A stretch of 63,996 bases of DNA, the filler included, from Parasitella parasitica NRRL 2501 (lineage: Eukaryota > Fungi > Mucoromycota): NCBI GenBank assembly GCA_025201805.1. It is 13 parts of 12 records of this genome, joined end to end, with 100 filler letters (N's around TTAATTAATTAA, not from the genome) between each part and the next. Parts side by side here need not be neighbours in the genome. Positions count along the whole stretch, not along the records: positions 47,768 to 53,037 come from MU619446.1; positions 53,138 to 55,116 come from MU619587.1; positions 55,217 to 57,283 come from MU619350.1; positions 57,384 to 59,492 come from MU619446.1; positions 59,593 to 61,304 come from MU619520.1; positions 61,405 to 62,880 come from MU619631.1; 7 more parts are not named here. One strand, given 5' to 3'. The position numbers were made by a program, and so were the translations under genes. The stretch's first letter is position 1. Each line of letters begins with the position of its first letter. Of this stretch, positions 48,780 through 62,980 are shown piece after piece. The notes under the pieces are model-generated. The model saw only the letters and a list, made by a program, of their open reading frames with translations, did not search any database and was not told where the DNA came from.

Positions 48780-51037
48780 ATATGATTGTATCAGATACGA
48801 ATCAGTATAATATCTCAACGGTCACTGGATATCGCAATGTCTCGGCTGCCATGACATCAACAAGATATGCGGACTTGCTCTCAAATGTCAAGGTGCGAAC
48901 AAACTATTTGATATGTTACATCAGCTCATATTCTTGGATCAATCTCAACAATGAAACATATCAAACCAATTGACAATGATAACACGGTGTATTTTCTATT
49001 CGTTCATCAACAGTGACAACATACTATCACATTAATCTATTGGTTATTACAGCTACCATCTCAGTTGTAGTAAATAATTGAAGATATAAATACCCTGTAT
49101 TTATATCATAATAAACGATATACTTCTTTTATTGTTCGGATACAGTTGAAAGCTGTGAATTATTACAAGTCTCTTTTTATATTGTATTGAAATATCTGAA
49201 ATATACATCACATGTGTTGCTAGTACAAGTAATCGTAAACCAGTTATTACCAGAAGGGGACAGGAAAGATAGTGGTCTTGAGAAAGAGTATAATCGCCTT
49301 GTGGTATAAAGGATTTCTAATGAGTGTAACCATGGTATAATACTTTTGCATGATTGTGAGAATACCCAAGTTGGATCTCAGGCACAACACCAACCCAACA
49401 ACCCACCTCGCTCAGCCTTTACATCCTAAACAGATACCACATACTAATACACTACAAGAAATGGTGCTTTACCATTTTACTATGCAAAGATTAAATCGAT
49501 TAAATAGAAAAACCGAAATTTTGTTTTAGGCCAAATTTTCCGATTTTTTGTACTTTAATGTATGAATAAAGATTGAGGATGACATACTTATAAAGCTAAT
49601 AGGTAATTTGCAAAATTCTCTAGTTTGTTAGCAGTGTCTTTACACTCTAACTGAATATTTGTTCAGTTTGTGGAATATGCTTGGTATAAGGATATTCACA
49701 GAAAAAAAGTAAAAAAAAAAACAAGATAAGGCAACTAGATAACGTATAGATTTATTATTTAGTTCAGACTGGAGAGCTCTAATTATTACAGATTGATGCC
49801 CTCTTTATAATATAGTTTCCACTATCACATCTCAATCATTATCAATCTTCAAAGAATATTCTATCTATCTATGTAGCCTCAATATTGGATTAAGATGTTT
49901 GATCAAAATATCAGCTTATATTATACATTGACTTGCTGTATTGTGATTTGTTAAGATTCATTTCTTATCTTATATGTTGGCTATTCTATTCTTCCGACTA
50001 TGTACATATTTGATATCCATTGAGTAGTACACTCATGATTCAAATATAGCATGAACTGATGATCGATATATGAAATATAGATATTATATCCATACAGTTT
50101 ATTGGTCGAGTGAAGCAAAAACTACAAAAACATCTGTATTCACAAGAAGACTTCTTTTTACGTCGCGTAAACTACTTCATACCAAACGCTTTCGGTTCCT
50201 CCTCTATTGACACAGATCGAGTTGTTCCTGAATTTGAGTTTGACAAAGCAATTGTTGCGAGTATATATAATCTTTTTACAAGAGAATATCTTTTCCGGTA
50301 TATAATTTGGAATGTGTTCTCTTTAAATATGGAAGATCATCTCCGTTTTCCTAATAATATATAAAAAGCGCACAGTCAAATGTTGTGCAAATGTGTTATT
50401 TTAACGTGGTGATGATAAAGACTTTCTGAATAAAACTCCAAATCTACAACTGGTGACTTTAATCAGCACAAAACATGATATCTCTAGTTATACGAAAACT
50501 AAATTTTGATCAATCATTATGCATATTCTTTGCTATAAAATCAGCAAAATCTTGTTTAGGCAGTGTCTCGACAACTAAGTGTTAGATATTATTGGAATTC
50601 GAAAAGCATGGTTCAGATAGAGTTATTGTGCTAGAGCTAAGATGTGTACTTTTTTTTAAACCCCAAATCATATACCTCAAAATAATCCTGAAGGTTACCC
50701 CTAATTTGAAAACTGAAAATTGAATAGGCGGTGTGGCGTCCAAACATAGCAAAACATGAGTAATAGTCAGAAATATTTGAGAACTGGCTATGTCGTTATA
50801 GAATAGTTCAAATGAAAAATATTTTGATTGAAAGTTGTATCTTCATCGCTTAATAGTTTGTAAAGATAGCAGTAATTGCAAATTATGCGTTTAAGCGTAA
50901 AAAAGGGTTATGCCTTTGATTTGGTGGTATGTACTTTATCCAAAAATGAAGATGCATAAAAATGGTTTTTGACCCTGTATTATACAGTATCTCAGCTATC
51001 AATTTATATAGGGACACACACAAGGGACCTATTAGAA

Positions 51038-52650
51038 TCATGCTTTGCTCTTCAATTGAAAATATGTGGTGCACTTATTCGCAGCGACAAAATAGACTGT
51101 TGATTGAATCTCAGCACTGTGTTTCCATTTGACCCAAACCAGTTTTGAGCTTTTTTCGCATAGTTCATTGCTAGATATCTCATAAATGCAATAAATATAT
51201 CGGATATGCGTACTAAGTGTTTTATGATAAAAAATAAATTCTGCATCCAACCATATAGATTTTAAGGCTATAGAAACACTTTTTCTTATTACCCATTTTC
51301 AAATATTCAAAAAACTCCTTTTTTGATAGTTTTTGAGTAAACTCAAGCATAGTTTGAGCACATTCAGCTCTATAAACTTGTTCAAACGCACCATCATGTC
51401 AATACCTACACATCAATATCTTGTTCACAACTGTGGCTTTATTATTTCTGTCAAAAATCAAATATTGTCTCGACTTAAATGAAAATACAATTTTCCGGTC
51501 CTATACTTAGAGGGCCAAAATGAAGCCATCCAAAAGGGTAAAAATCGATTCCGTTTTTCGAGATTTTCTCGCTCAAAAATTGTTATTTTTTGACCAAATA
51601 AGAACAAGCCTGTAGCTATTTTGTAGCTTTATTTTAATATTGCTATATCATGTATCTTTAAATACTATGTTTTGCTCTGGTAGTTGTGAAATAGATGAAG
51701 CCTCTGCTAAAAACATGTGAAAAAATATTTTTTTCTAACATATCTATCTAACACTAATACAACAAGTAGAAAACCAAATTTTAAAAATATTCTAGTAATT
51801 ACTCAGACCAAGTTGTTGTAGTAGTTTGTTGAGAAAAAGGAGAACAAAGTTTAACGTAAAAAGACAGAATTGGCTCTAGCTTGTCGAATTCGAGCTTACG
51901 TACGACATATTTATACCAGCAAGTGTACCAAAACGTGCTTTATTACTTTACTTAGGAACTTGAGCATGGTTTAGTTGTACAATTTGGTACTTGTTATAGG
52001 AACATATGCTGTAAAATTTGGAAAATCTGTAAAATCTAGTTTGGCAATATCTCGACAGCAAAGATAGATATCGAGAATCGGAAGACATAGTGAGGTACAG
52101 TTATCGTACCAGTACTTGGATGTATACTTGCCTTGGACCCCAAATCTGTACCTAAAAATGACCCTGAAGATCAACCCAAAGTCGAAAACTAAAAATCGAA
52201 TATGAGGTTTGGGGTCGAAACATAGCAAAATCTGAAAAATCGTCAGAGATGCATGAAACTCGGATATGTTGTAAAATGCTGCGTAAAAAGAAGATTTTGG
52301 CTGAAAGTTGTATCTCTATTGTTTAATAATTTGTGAAGATATCACAGATTGTAGATTATGCTTTTAAGCGGGGAAAAAGGTGATCGTCATGATTAGGTGG
52401 CATTTATTTTAACTAAAACATATAGCTACATCTTAATAGCTTTTCTGGTCATATTTTACAGCATCTTTGCTATTGATTCATATCAAGACATAACCAGATT
52501 ATTTATGGAGTTTATGCTTTGCTCCTCAATTGAAATAGATGCTTCGCTGCTAAGAGGCTGCAGTCGCAGTGGTAAATTCAAGCTCAGAAATATGAGGCTG
52601 CTGTCATTGCAACTTTGCGCACATCCCAATTTTCATTGCTTGACATCTCA
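51038..52650 (+). repeat. Long non-coding repeat, copy C (uninterrupted)
   Basis: Colinear with 36526-38330 but lacks the solo LTR. Confidence 0.85.
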
Positions 52651-53417
52651 AAAAATAATAAGTATAATATTGCATATATTTGCTGAATGTTTTTTGTCAG
52701 CCTTCAAATCCGCTGCATCAAACCACATTAATCATATTAGGCTTTAAAAACACCTTTTCTTATTCCAAATGGCTTTGCTCTTGCGATTTTTGACGTTTTG
52801 TTTCACAGCAAAAACACTTTATAATCTGAACAGATACAAACGCATGCAGTCGAACACACAATCCTTCACATCAATATATCATATCCATAGTTTTACTATT
52901 TCTGATAATGACTGAAATTTTTTGTTGACTGAATAAATCCGCTCTGATGTATATTTCAGATATTTCAATACAATAAAAAGAGACTTGTAATAATTCACAG
53001 CTTTCAACTGTATCCGAACAATAAAAGAAGTATCTCGNNNNNNNNNNNNNNNNNNNNNNNNNNNNNNNNNNNNNNNNNNNNTTAATTAATTAANNNNNNN
53101 NNNNNNNNNNNNNNNNNNNNNNNNNNNNNNNNNNNNNAATCTATCGTTCCATTCTCTAAATCACACCATGTCTCACACTTGTATCTTATCCTCCCATCAG
53201 TCCACTTAGATTCACTAGTATATAAACCATCATTTTTTCCATGTAATAATAAACGAGATCTTTACCTGATTAATTCACAACTGTTTTATTTGAATAATTT
53301 CTCATTATGATAAATCACTGTACTGCAATTGAAGATTGAAAATTGTCCAATGATGTGATCTGATAGGCTTGTGTAAATTGGAGGATAAAGTTTCTGTTTC
53401 AAATCAAGAAGGTACAC

Positions 53418-53791
53418 TATGGCCTCCTGGATGTTCTCGGTGAACACAAATGTGCTCAAATGGGAACATTATTAGGGTCATGGGAGTATTTATGTGCTTG
53501 TGAGAACATAAATGATTTTGCCTCAGAATTTGCGTTTATAAAAAAAGTCGAGATAGCTCATTTTTAATTATATAATATTATTTCTGAGAGATTTCGGTTC
53601 TTTTAACATTTGCTACCAAATATTCGTTATAACATTGCATTCCAAAGATCGCATCTCTGTTTTGAGTAAAAGTTTATTTATGATCTTCTCGCGACCATAC
53701 AAATAATCATTTGAAAGCAAAAAGTGAAGAAGACGTACCTACTGTTAACCAAAGTGTTGTTCAAGATGTTGAAGAAGAAGCTGGTGGTAAT
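53418..53791 (+). repeat. Dispersed repeat hosting the gypsy 3' LTR
   Basis: Inverted copies at ~59593-59848 and ~60550-60937. Confidence 0.75.
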
Positions 53792-54203
53792 TGTTGGGTT
53801 AAAAAAAGATAAAATAAAAACCAAAGGTTAACGAGATACGAAAACTAAAGATACTTTATTTAAGATCGAAATTGCATCCGCTTTTTATACTTTTTACAAC
53901 TACATAAATTTATGGTGACTTATTTAGATTACTAATTGACAAGACTAGTTCACAGTGACAATCTACTTGACAGGGTACGATATGAGGTTATACAGCAAGG
54001 GCTACACGTCTTTGATCTGACAGAGCCTTAACCTTTATCCTGGTGCTCAGATATGTGTTACTTACAGGAATAACCTTCTTGATTTGAAACAGAGACTTTA
54101 TTCTCCAATTTACACAAGCGTATCACATCACATCATTGGACAATCTTCAATCTTCAATTGAAGTACATTGCCATGATCTCCTGTCTATAATTATGGCAGA
54201 TCA
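53792..54203 (-). mobile_element. 3' LTR (family B2) of a Ty3/gypsy chromovirus
   Basis: TG..CA ends on the minus strand, preceded by the polypurine tract GGGAGGGGG (~54207-54215) and an integrase ORF. Confidence 0.9.
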
Positions 54204-54419
54204 TCACCCCCTCCCAGAATCAAGTATCTGTTCGAGATTATTAAATCATACTTAAAATGTCATTAAGTAATTCACATTAGTTCTTGCTTAAACATAAATA
54301 AGCACCCATTATTTTATGCACGGCATAATAGAGGTCAGTCAGTAAAAACCTTTCACAAAAAAACCTTTTCATAAGGAAAAATAAACAAGGAAAAGACTTG
54401 GTTACTATTATGTCCCTTA

Positions 54420-55116
54420 TTACAACTGTTTACCAGACAATGTGCGACCCTGCGAACGCTTAGGGGTACGCGCATTTCTCATGTTAACAGTTTGAGCCGC
54501 TGTTCTGCGTTTACCACTGGCCTTTGCACCACTCTTTCTTGACCAGTAAACTTCAATATGCTTAGTCGAATCAAAGTGCTTAACAGGCTCCCATGTATGC
54601 TCTTCCTCAGCATCATAATCTTTCCAATGCACTTTATACAAGAAGTTACCAGGTGTTCCCTTGTGATCAATCACTGCTTGAATTTCAAATCTTTCATTGC
54701 AAAATTCATCAACAGACACAGGCTTTTGATTAGCAGCAGCCTTATACACAATGTGATGAGTTGGAACATCTCTACTAAGCAACGCACCAGTTCTATCCAT
54801 CAAGACATAAGAACCATTAGCGGTAACATTATGAATCCGATAAGGACCTTCACAACGTTCATCCAATTTATTTTGACGATCAACATTCTTGATCATAACC
54901 TGACTACCAATTGGATACGGTGCATCAAGTACTTTATGCTTCTTAGCAAAGTACTTATGATCCTCGCTTTGCGTTTCTAAAATCCTTTTAGACAACGCAG
55001 GGATCAACACATCATGAACAAATTTATAACGTTCATTGATCAATTTGGTGTCAGCTTCTTCAAGACTCAGCGTTGGCTCCAGATCTGAATAATCTTCCAA
55101 CATATTAGGTTGTCTA
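54420..55116 (-). CDS. Ty3/gypsy integrase C-terminus with chromodomain (partial)
   Basis: GPY motif (EGPYRI) and chromodomain FEIQAVIDHKG..YKVHWKDY..HTWEP. Confidence 0.92.
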
Positions 55117-55217
55117 NNNNNNNNNNNNNNNNNNNNNNNNNNNNNNNNNNNNNNNNNNNNTTAATTAATTAANNNNNNNNNNNNNNNNNNNNNNNNNNNN
55201 NNNNNNNNNNNNNNNNA

Positions 55218-57283
55218 TTGGATTTGAATGCACACTGGTACCGCTTGATTAAGCCCCAGATGTCTACGGGCATGGCTGGCTGGACTTGTCAACTTGTACA
55301 AGACGAACCTCATTTGAATTGGGACAACTTCACTGAGAAGTTAAAGGCCAAATATAATATTTCGGCCGAGCAACAAAAGCGAGATGCTATCTCAAGCCTG
55401 AAAAAGCTCAAGTTGGACAACTGCAGGAACTTGGAGCAATACATTGACAAGTTCAATGGATTGAAGCACCTCTCTGGTGTGAAGGAACCAGCTGCTTTGG
55501 TCGAGTATCTCTTGCGTGGTCTTGAGTCAGATCTTTATGCAATTGTCTCGTTGCATATTACTCAATCTAGAGATGATAAAAAGGACACGCTGGAGTACGC
55601 AATCTCCCAATTGCGTAGCGTTTACAACCTAGTTGTAAATGACCCACACTATGTTGGCGAAAAACGGCGCAAGCAAAGAGAGATTGCGGCCTTGGTTGCT
55701 AGGGAGGTCAAGCAACAGGCTCGCCGACAAAACTACAATGGCCAGAGCAATCATAAGGCCAACTACCGTGATGCGGGTAAAGTGAAGAAAACTCGCCGTG
55801 CTGGAAAGCACCACGGAAGGAATAACCGTGACCAACGAAGTGGTCACGGTGAAGTTTTAAAATGCTTTGATTGTGGGTATACACCTTTTACCTATGCACA
55901 TAAGGCTGTGTGCAAAAACAATCCGGCTAACAAGAGAAAGCCTACACAAAAGAAAAGCAAGCACATAGTGCCCAGACCTGCTGCCGCTGCCTCCACTGAT
56001 TCAGAGGCATCTTCTTCCTCTTCATCTAGCGATGAGAGCAACCAGACGTTTGCTGTTGCTACCATTGGAGAGAAGAAGCCTGTCAGCAATGACATGGACA
56101 TTGATAGCGAATGTAAGCAGCATGATAGTGAATATTTTAGGCAAATGCCTAGTAAAAATATGGACACTAATGGCCTTCTTTTCCTACCTGTTATTCTAGA
56201 GTCGCAAAGCGGTGTTAAAGTTAACACATGGTTCTTGTTGGACACTGGGTGCACGTTTAGTGCTATTTCCCCACAGCTAGTTGCCTTTTTAAACTTGAAA
56301 GTTGTTAATAAAAATGGCATCATAAAATTAGCACAAAATAACAGCGTAGTTGATAGACAAGGACAAACTGATGAAGAGCTTAAGATCAACTATGGCTCAA
56401 AGATTGTCCATTCTAAGTTTGAAGTTTTTAATCTATTTGAAAACGTTCATTGTGTATTTGGCATGGATTTGCTTTACAAAGTTGGTATTACTTTGGGAAA
56501 TATAGCAGCAGATTGGTCAGATCGAATTGGATATGAAATCCCCAAGATTGAGCCTAATCCTTATAAGCCAAATGACGATCCCTATGGATCTCAAAAAGAA
56601 CGTGCAGCAATGATGGCAGAATTGCAGCCATTTATTGATGCCAATGCTAGTATTAGCGCAAAGGCATATTGTAACATCCCTGGTAGTGAAATTACATTGC
56701 CTATTAAAAAAGGCACTCCACTTGCAAATACATGTCGCCGGCAATTTCCAATTGCAGAGGCATTAAGGCCTGTAATTCAGAAACAAATTGAAAAATGGCG
56801 AGACAATGGTGTCATTAAGAGAGCTAAACCAAATACGCCTCATAATTCACCTATTTTTACCGTGCGTAAGAAAAACAGTGAGGGTGAATACACTGGAAAA
56901 GAACATCGTGTCGTAATTGACTGTCGGTTGATCAATAATGCATTGGATCCCGAGAAACTCGAACGATTCCCACTTCCTTTGATCAGTGATCTGCATCGCA
57001 AGATGTCGAAGCACTCTCTCTACACTGTGGTCGACTTATCGCAATGTTTTCACGCTTTTAAAATTGCGAAGCGCTCACGTCCTTATCTTACGTTTACAGA
57101 TATGCAAGGATTGACTTGGTCCTTCTCTCACTGCCCATACGGATTAACTATGGTCTCTTCGCACGCCCAGAAAATACTTTCTAATTTGTTTGCTGATCTA
57201 AGTGCACACTGTACACACTTTATTGATGATGTCACGATACATACAGAAAACGATCTACAAAAGCATACAGAGATTGTTAAAGA
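55218..57283 (+). CDS. Ty3/gypsy gag-pol polyprotein (gag, protease, RT), partial
   Basis: Cys/His knuckle CFDC..H..C, protease LLDTG, RT motifs NSPIFTVRKK, RVVIDCR, VDLSQCF, PYGL and FIDD, all in one frame. Confidence 0.93.
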
Positions 57284-57383
57284 NNNNNNNNNNNNNNNNN
57301 NNNNNNNNNNNNNNNNNNNNNNNNNNNTTAATTAATTAANNNNNNNNNNNNNNNNNNNNNNNNNNNNNNNNNNNNNNNNNNNN

Positions 57384-57723
57384 GAAATTGCATCTGCTAT
57401 TTATACTTTTTACAACTACATAAATAAATTTATGGTGACTTATCTAGATTACTAATTGACAAGACTAATTCACAGTGACAATCTACTTGACAGGGTACGA
57501 TATGAGGTTATACAGCAAGGGCTACACGTCTTTGATCTGACAGAGCCTTAACCTTTATCCTGGTGCTCAGATCTGTGTTACTTATAGGAATAACCTTCTT
57601 GATTTGAAACAGAGACTTTATTCTCCAATTTACACAAGCGTATCACATCACATCATTGGACAATCTTCAATCTTCAATTGAAGTACATTGCCATGATCTC
57701 CTGTCTATAATTATGGCAGATCA
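57384..57723 (-). mobile_element. LTR (family B2), partial
   Basis: Near-identical to ~53868-54203; no PPT next to it, so a 5' or solo LTR. Confidence 0.85.
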
Positions 57724-58635
57724 AACGAGACTCGTTGCCTGTTTGCAAATACTACAGTTCAACTCAAAGCTTAGAACAGCATATTAATTATAGAAAATTG
57801 ATGCAACAGCTAATCGTCTAAATATGCGTCAGATATCAAAATGCAGTACATGTCAATTAATTGAAAATTTATTGCAAATGCTAAAAAAAGATAAACGCCG
57901 TATACAAGTAAATAGGCAGAACTTTATTTTTTTTCGTTGAGGAATGCTTGCTTTAACAGAAAAATCATGATAAAAATTAGTCAGGTAAACATCCGCTTCC
58001 TATATTTCAAAATAGAGGGTTTATAGACGCTGTTGTAGTAAAAAAGTGTACAAACAACAATAGATACAATTTAATTCCTTCTTTATTTTGAAATAGGATA
58101 ACGTGCAAATGTTAGACATTTCTACTCTATTTATATTCGTTGTTGTAAACGGTCTGTCTGTCAGTTACGCCGTAAATAATATCAGTCAAGTTTTTCTGTA
58201 TTTGATTTTACATAATCAAGTACGGTATTTTAATATCAATGTTTCTGACACATTTGTAAATGACATGCATGGACAGTCCTTACATTGGTCTATGCGTTCC
58301 AAATGTGGTTTGTGGTTTGATTTTTTTTAGTTGGTTCTCAATCGATTTAAATGCTTCGCGGTTTCACGGTTAGATATTTAGGTAATCTGTTTATTAGCTT
58401 GATTTGGAATCTCTAAAAGAGATGACATCCAATTACTTTTTGTGGAAAGTTCTATCACTTCAGCACACTATGAACTGAGGGAAGCGATGTGAAGATAAAG
58501 GCTTTAGTGATGAGATTCGGGAGATAGGGTAGATTGTATCTATCCCATATGTCATGTAATATTATTTTATGATCTGATGTTTTACTCTTCAGTATGAGTT
58601 TATATTATATTGACATCCGGTTTTAGAATCGATAT

Positions 58636-59492
58636 ACACTATTTCCGGAAAATAATCGCTCACAAAAAAAAAAAAAATTTGTTCGCAATAAAAAAAAATA
58701 AATGATCTGCCATAATGTAGGTTAGGAGATCATGATAGTGTACTTCAATTAAAGATTGGAGATTGTCAAATGATGTGTTGTTATACTGGCCGAAACAGGA
58801 GAATAAAGTCTTTGTTTCAAATCAGGAAGGTTATCTGTAACACAGATCTGTATGATTGACAAACAATAAGGTACTGTCAGATCAAAGATCAATAGCCTTG
58901 TAGTATAATAATACATCGTACCCTGTTAAGGATATGATGTTGCTTGCAAATTATTCTTATCGATTAGTATCGACTAGTATTTTAAATAAGTCACCAAAAA
59001 TTTATGTTGTTGTAAAAAGTATAAATAGCAGATGCAAAGTTGAATCTTTAATAAAGTAATCTCAAGTTTTCGTATCTCGTTAATTCAACGTTTTATATTA
59101 TACTTTTTTTTATTTCGATCTTGCAGATCTCAACAATAAACCAATTAGAAAATAAATAAAAAATCGTTCACAAAAAAATTAAAAAATAGTTCACAAAAAA
59201 ATATGAATACTGATCATTCGCAGTAAATATTTTCGTTCACACTTTTCGAAAAAAAAAAAATTAATTCAACAATGGACCTATTTATATATGAAGATGGTAA
59301 AGGAAACCTTAACAATGAAGAAGGCGAAAAAGTTGCAGTTCTTGAAATGGAAGTTGATGAATTAGAATATCCTCTTGAGGATGTTACTAATTACAACATG
59401 TACTTGGATTTAAAACCACCTGAAAAATCAGTAAAGATTGAACAAGTTCAGGAACAAGCGGATATGGAGAACGAAGAGAAAACAGATAACAG
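58636..59492 (+). mobile_element. 5' part of a Tc1/mariner-like element interrupted by a solo LTR
   Basis: TA|CACTATTTCCGGAAA terminus; A-rich GTTCAC/GCTCAC repeats; acidic ORF 59272-59492 resembling the N-terminus of the transposase at 3144. Confidence 0.6.
58703..59135 (+). mobile_element. Complete solo LTR (family B1, 433 bp) with 5-bp TSD ATAAA
   Basis: TG..CA ends; ATAAA at 58698-58702 and 59136-59140; nearly identical to the sequenced parts of 37864-38258. Confidence 0.92.
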
Positions 59493-61404
59493 NNNNNNNN
59501 NNNNNNNNNNNNNNNNNNNNNNNNNNNNNNNNNNNNTTAATTAATTAANNNNNNNNNNNNNNNNNNNNNNNNNNNNNNNNNNNNNNNNNNNNAGATGCGA
59601 TCTTTGGAATGCAATGTTATAACGAATATTTGGTAGCAAATGTTACTACAAGCACAAAAAAACCGAAATGTCTCAGAAATAATATTATATAATTAAAAAT
59701 GAGCTATCTCGACTTTTTTTATAAACGCACAACATTCTGGGGCAAAATCATTTATGTTCTCACAAGCACATAAATGCTCCCATGACCCTAATAATGTTCC
59801 CTTTTGAGCACATTTGTGTTCACCGAGAACATCCAGGAGGCCATAGTGGAACATGTCATGTTGAGTTATAAATAAGGAACATGATCCATTGGGATATGTT
59901 CCTGAATTGTGTTCAGGATTGAGTTTACTTGAGTTTGACTTCCGGTTGGGAAATTGACACATCAATCTCGTTAATTCAACGTTTTATATAATACTTTTTT
60001 TATTTCGATCTTGCCGTTCTCAACAGAAAGATTACACTGAGTAGAGCTTCTATATATTATTGACAAAAGGATTAATAGCTTGTTAGAATAAACTCGAATA
60101 CATACACCACCATGATAATAGCAATACATAAAATATGTAGCGTATCATTTTTTCTTACCAAGTTATACTGAAAGCTTTTCCTTTATAATGAAAAAGAATT
60201 TACAACTTCTTGTGATGAAACTACAGATACGTGAAGAAGATGTTATTACTCTGTATAATGCACTTATATTTGGCACAAATGTGCTAACTTTATATGTTTT
60301 TGAAATTGAAATACCAGTTCATAAAGTTTTAAAAAGATAGATAAAACAAAAGAAAAAGGCCAAGGAGAGCTAACAAAGAAGCTAAAATATGCATTCGGTC
60401 ATCACAATATGCAATGTTTTGGGCTAAGCATGCAGGAAGAAGCCAATGGAAAAACACCGCTACAAGAGGTCATCTCAAAATTTGAAAGCAAACATCATGT
60501 ACAAACAAAATATATAATTTATTCAAGTATATTGCTACTGGTGCTAGCATTATTACCACCAGCGTTTTCTTCAACATTTTGAACAACACTTTGGTTAGAA
60601 ATAGGTATTTCTTCGTCACTTTTTGCTTTCAGATGAACATTTGTATGATCGTGAGAGCATAAATAAACTTTTACTCAAAACAGATGCGATCTTTGGAATG
60701 CAAGATCTCAACGAATATTTGGTAGCAAATGTTACTACTAGCACAAAAAAAACCGAAATGTCTCAGAAATAATATTATGTCATTAAAAATGAGCTATCTC
60801 AACTTTTTTTTTATAAACGCACATTCTGTGGCAAAATTATTTAAGTTCTCACAAGCACATAAATACTCCCATGACCCTAATAATGTTCCCATTTGAGCAC
60901 ATTTATGTTTACCGAGAACATCCAGGAGGCCATAGTGACTTAAGTTATCTTGGGTCTGCTGATATGTTGGTTAGCACAAAGTTAAGATTCTGGTTACGCA
61001 GTATTGTCGTACATGCTAAATTGCGAGAGTACAACATTTATCCACAGTTTAAGTATATAAAGTTCATCTACCTGGCCAGTAGATGAAGAGGAGCTTTATA
61101 AACCCTGTCGATTTGATAATAAAACCTATACCTTTATCAATGTTATATCAATAACATGGCAAGGTCTCACATCAGGATCTCAGATCAGTCCCAGGGTCTT
61201 ACAGTAAATCATGGGTAGTCATGATTTACATTATGCAGCTAGACAGTAGAACCCTAGTGTAATGAATGTGTATATAATACATCGAGAGATGTATTATGAA
61301 TAAANNNNNNNNNNNNNNNNNNNNNNNNNNNNNNNNNNNNNNNNNNNNTTAATTAATTAANNNNNNNNNNNNNNNNNNNNNNNNNNNNNNNNNNNNNNNN
61401 NNNN

Positions 61405-61877
61405 ATGGATCAATTGCATTCTGTGCAAAATATCAAGTATTCTACTAGTTATTTTTATGTGATGTAGTATGTATATGAAGAAAATTTCCTATTAACTGAA
61501 GAACATCTTTTATTATTGCCTTGTGGTGTTACCTTTTCAGTGATTTTTTTGAGTTCTTGGTGACGAATTAAGCACTCTTCTTATTCACAGTGATATTCTT
61601 AAATGCTTGGTGATGAATCAATCACTTATTCTATTTTTAGTGATTGTTTTTAAAGTTTAGTGATGAATAAACGTCTGATTGCAATTTCTTGAGCATAACG
61701 TCAATGGAAAATGGTTCGCGAAAAACTAAAAGGGAGTTCTAATTGAAGCTTACGATGTTTGAGTGATTGAGTTCTACATTTTATGTGTAAAATCTAATCA
61801 CTGGTGCTTATTTTGGACACCTAGTTGCTAAAGCATCACCAGTAGTTAGGATTTTATCACACAAGTTGGCCATGGTG
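61405..61877 (-). mobile_element. Terminus of a CACCATGGC-type element inserted into a family C LTR
   Basis: AAGTTGGCCATGGTG at 61863-61877 mirrors CACCATGGCTAACTT at 3856; GTGAT repeats inside; LTR homology stops at the junction. Confidence 0.6.
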
Positions 61878-62349
61878 TGAAGACTTTTATTGACATAAGA
61901 TATGATCTCTATTTATACTAAAATATATCCCAATCAATGTTTATCCACATAACATCTGATGTTTGACAAGAAGTGTCAAACCTTATTAAATCACAGCATT
62001 TCCAGGACAGACCTATTTTTCTAATTTACATTAAAGAGAAGATTGGGTAGGATGTCTTCCCGACATCCCGCGATCTGATCTAGATGTAGTCTTTGAATAA
62101 GCCTGGAACCTTGCAAGAGGTCCAATTACAACTTGTAGTTTATTCCTTATTTGTAAAAGAATTACCAACAATTAATATCATGATCCGTGCATTATGACTA
62201 AGTTAGATATGACATATGTAGCCTTTATATAGATACAACAACAATCTTTACCTGATTTAATCTACAACCGTATTATTTTTGAATCATTTTCTCATTCTGA
62301 TAAATCAAAAAATACGCATTGTTATATATACTTTTTCATTTCTGGAGAT

Positions 62350-62880
62350 ATTAGCGCAAGTTGCAATGGCAACAATTTTCTGAGCTTGAATTTACCACTG
62401 CGAATGTAGACCTTTAGCAGTGAAACACCTATTTCAATTGAGGAGCAAAAGATGAACACCATAAGCAATCTGGTTATGTATATTATTTATGAATCAATAG
62501 CCAAGATGCTGTAAAATATGACTTGAAAAGCTATTTTTATGTAGCTTTATGTTTTGGTTAAAATAATTGCCGCCTCATCATGACCATCACCTTTTCCCCC
62601 GCTTAAAAGCACAATCTACAATCTCTGAAATCTTTACAAACTATTAAGCGACAGAGACACAACCTTCAGCCAAAATCTTCTTTTTTTGCAGCATTTTACA
62701 ACATATCCGAGTTTTATGTACGTATGGCCATTTTTCAGATTTTGCTATGTTTGGAGCCCAAACCTCATATTCGATTTTCAGTTTTCAACTTTGGGCCAAC
62801 CTTCAGGGTCATTTTTAGGTACGGATTTGGCGTCCAAGCCAAGTATACATCCAAATACTGGTATGATAACTGTACCTCAC
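62350..62880 (-). repeat. Long non-coding repeat, copy D
   Basis: Reverse-complement homology to ~52090-52620. Confidence 0.85.
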
Positions 62881-62980
62881 NNNNNNNNNNNNNNNNNNNN
62901 NNNNNNNNNNNNNNNNNNNNNNNNTTAATTAATTAANNNNNNNNNNNNNNNNNNNNNNNNNNNNNNNNNNNNNNNNNNNN

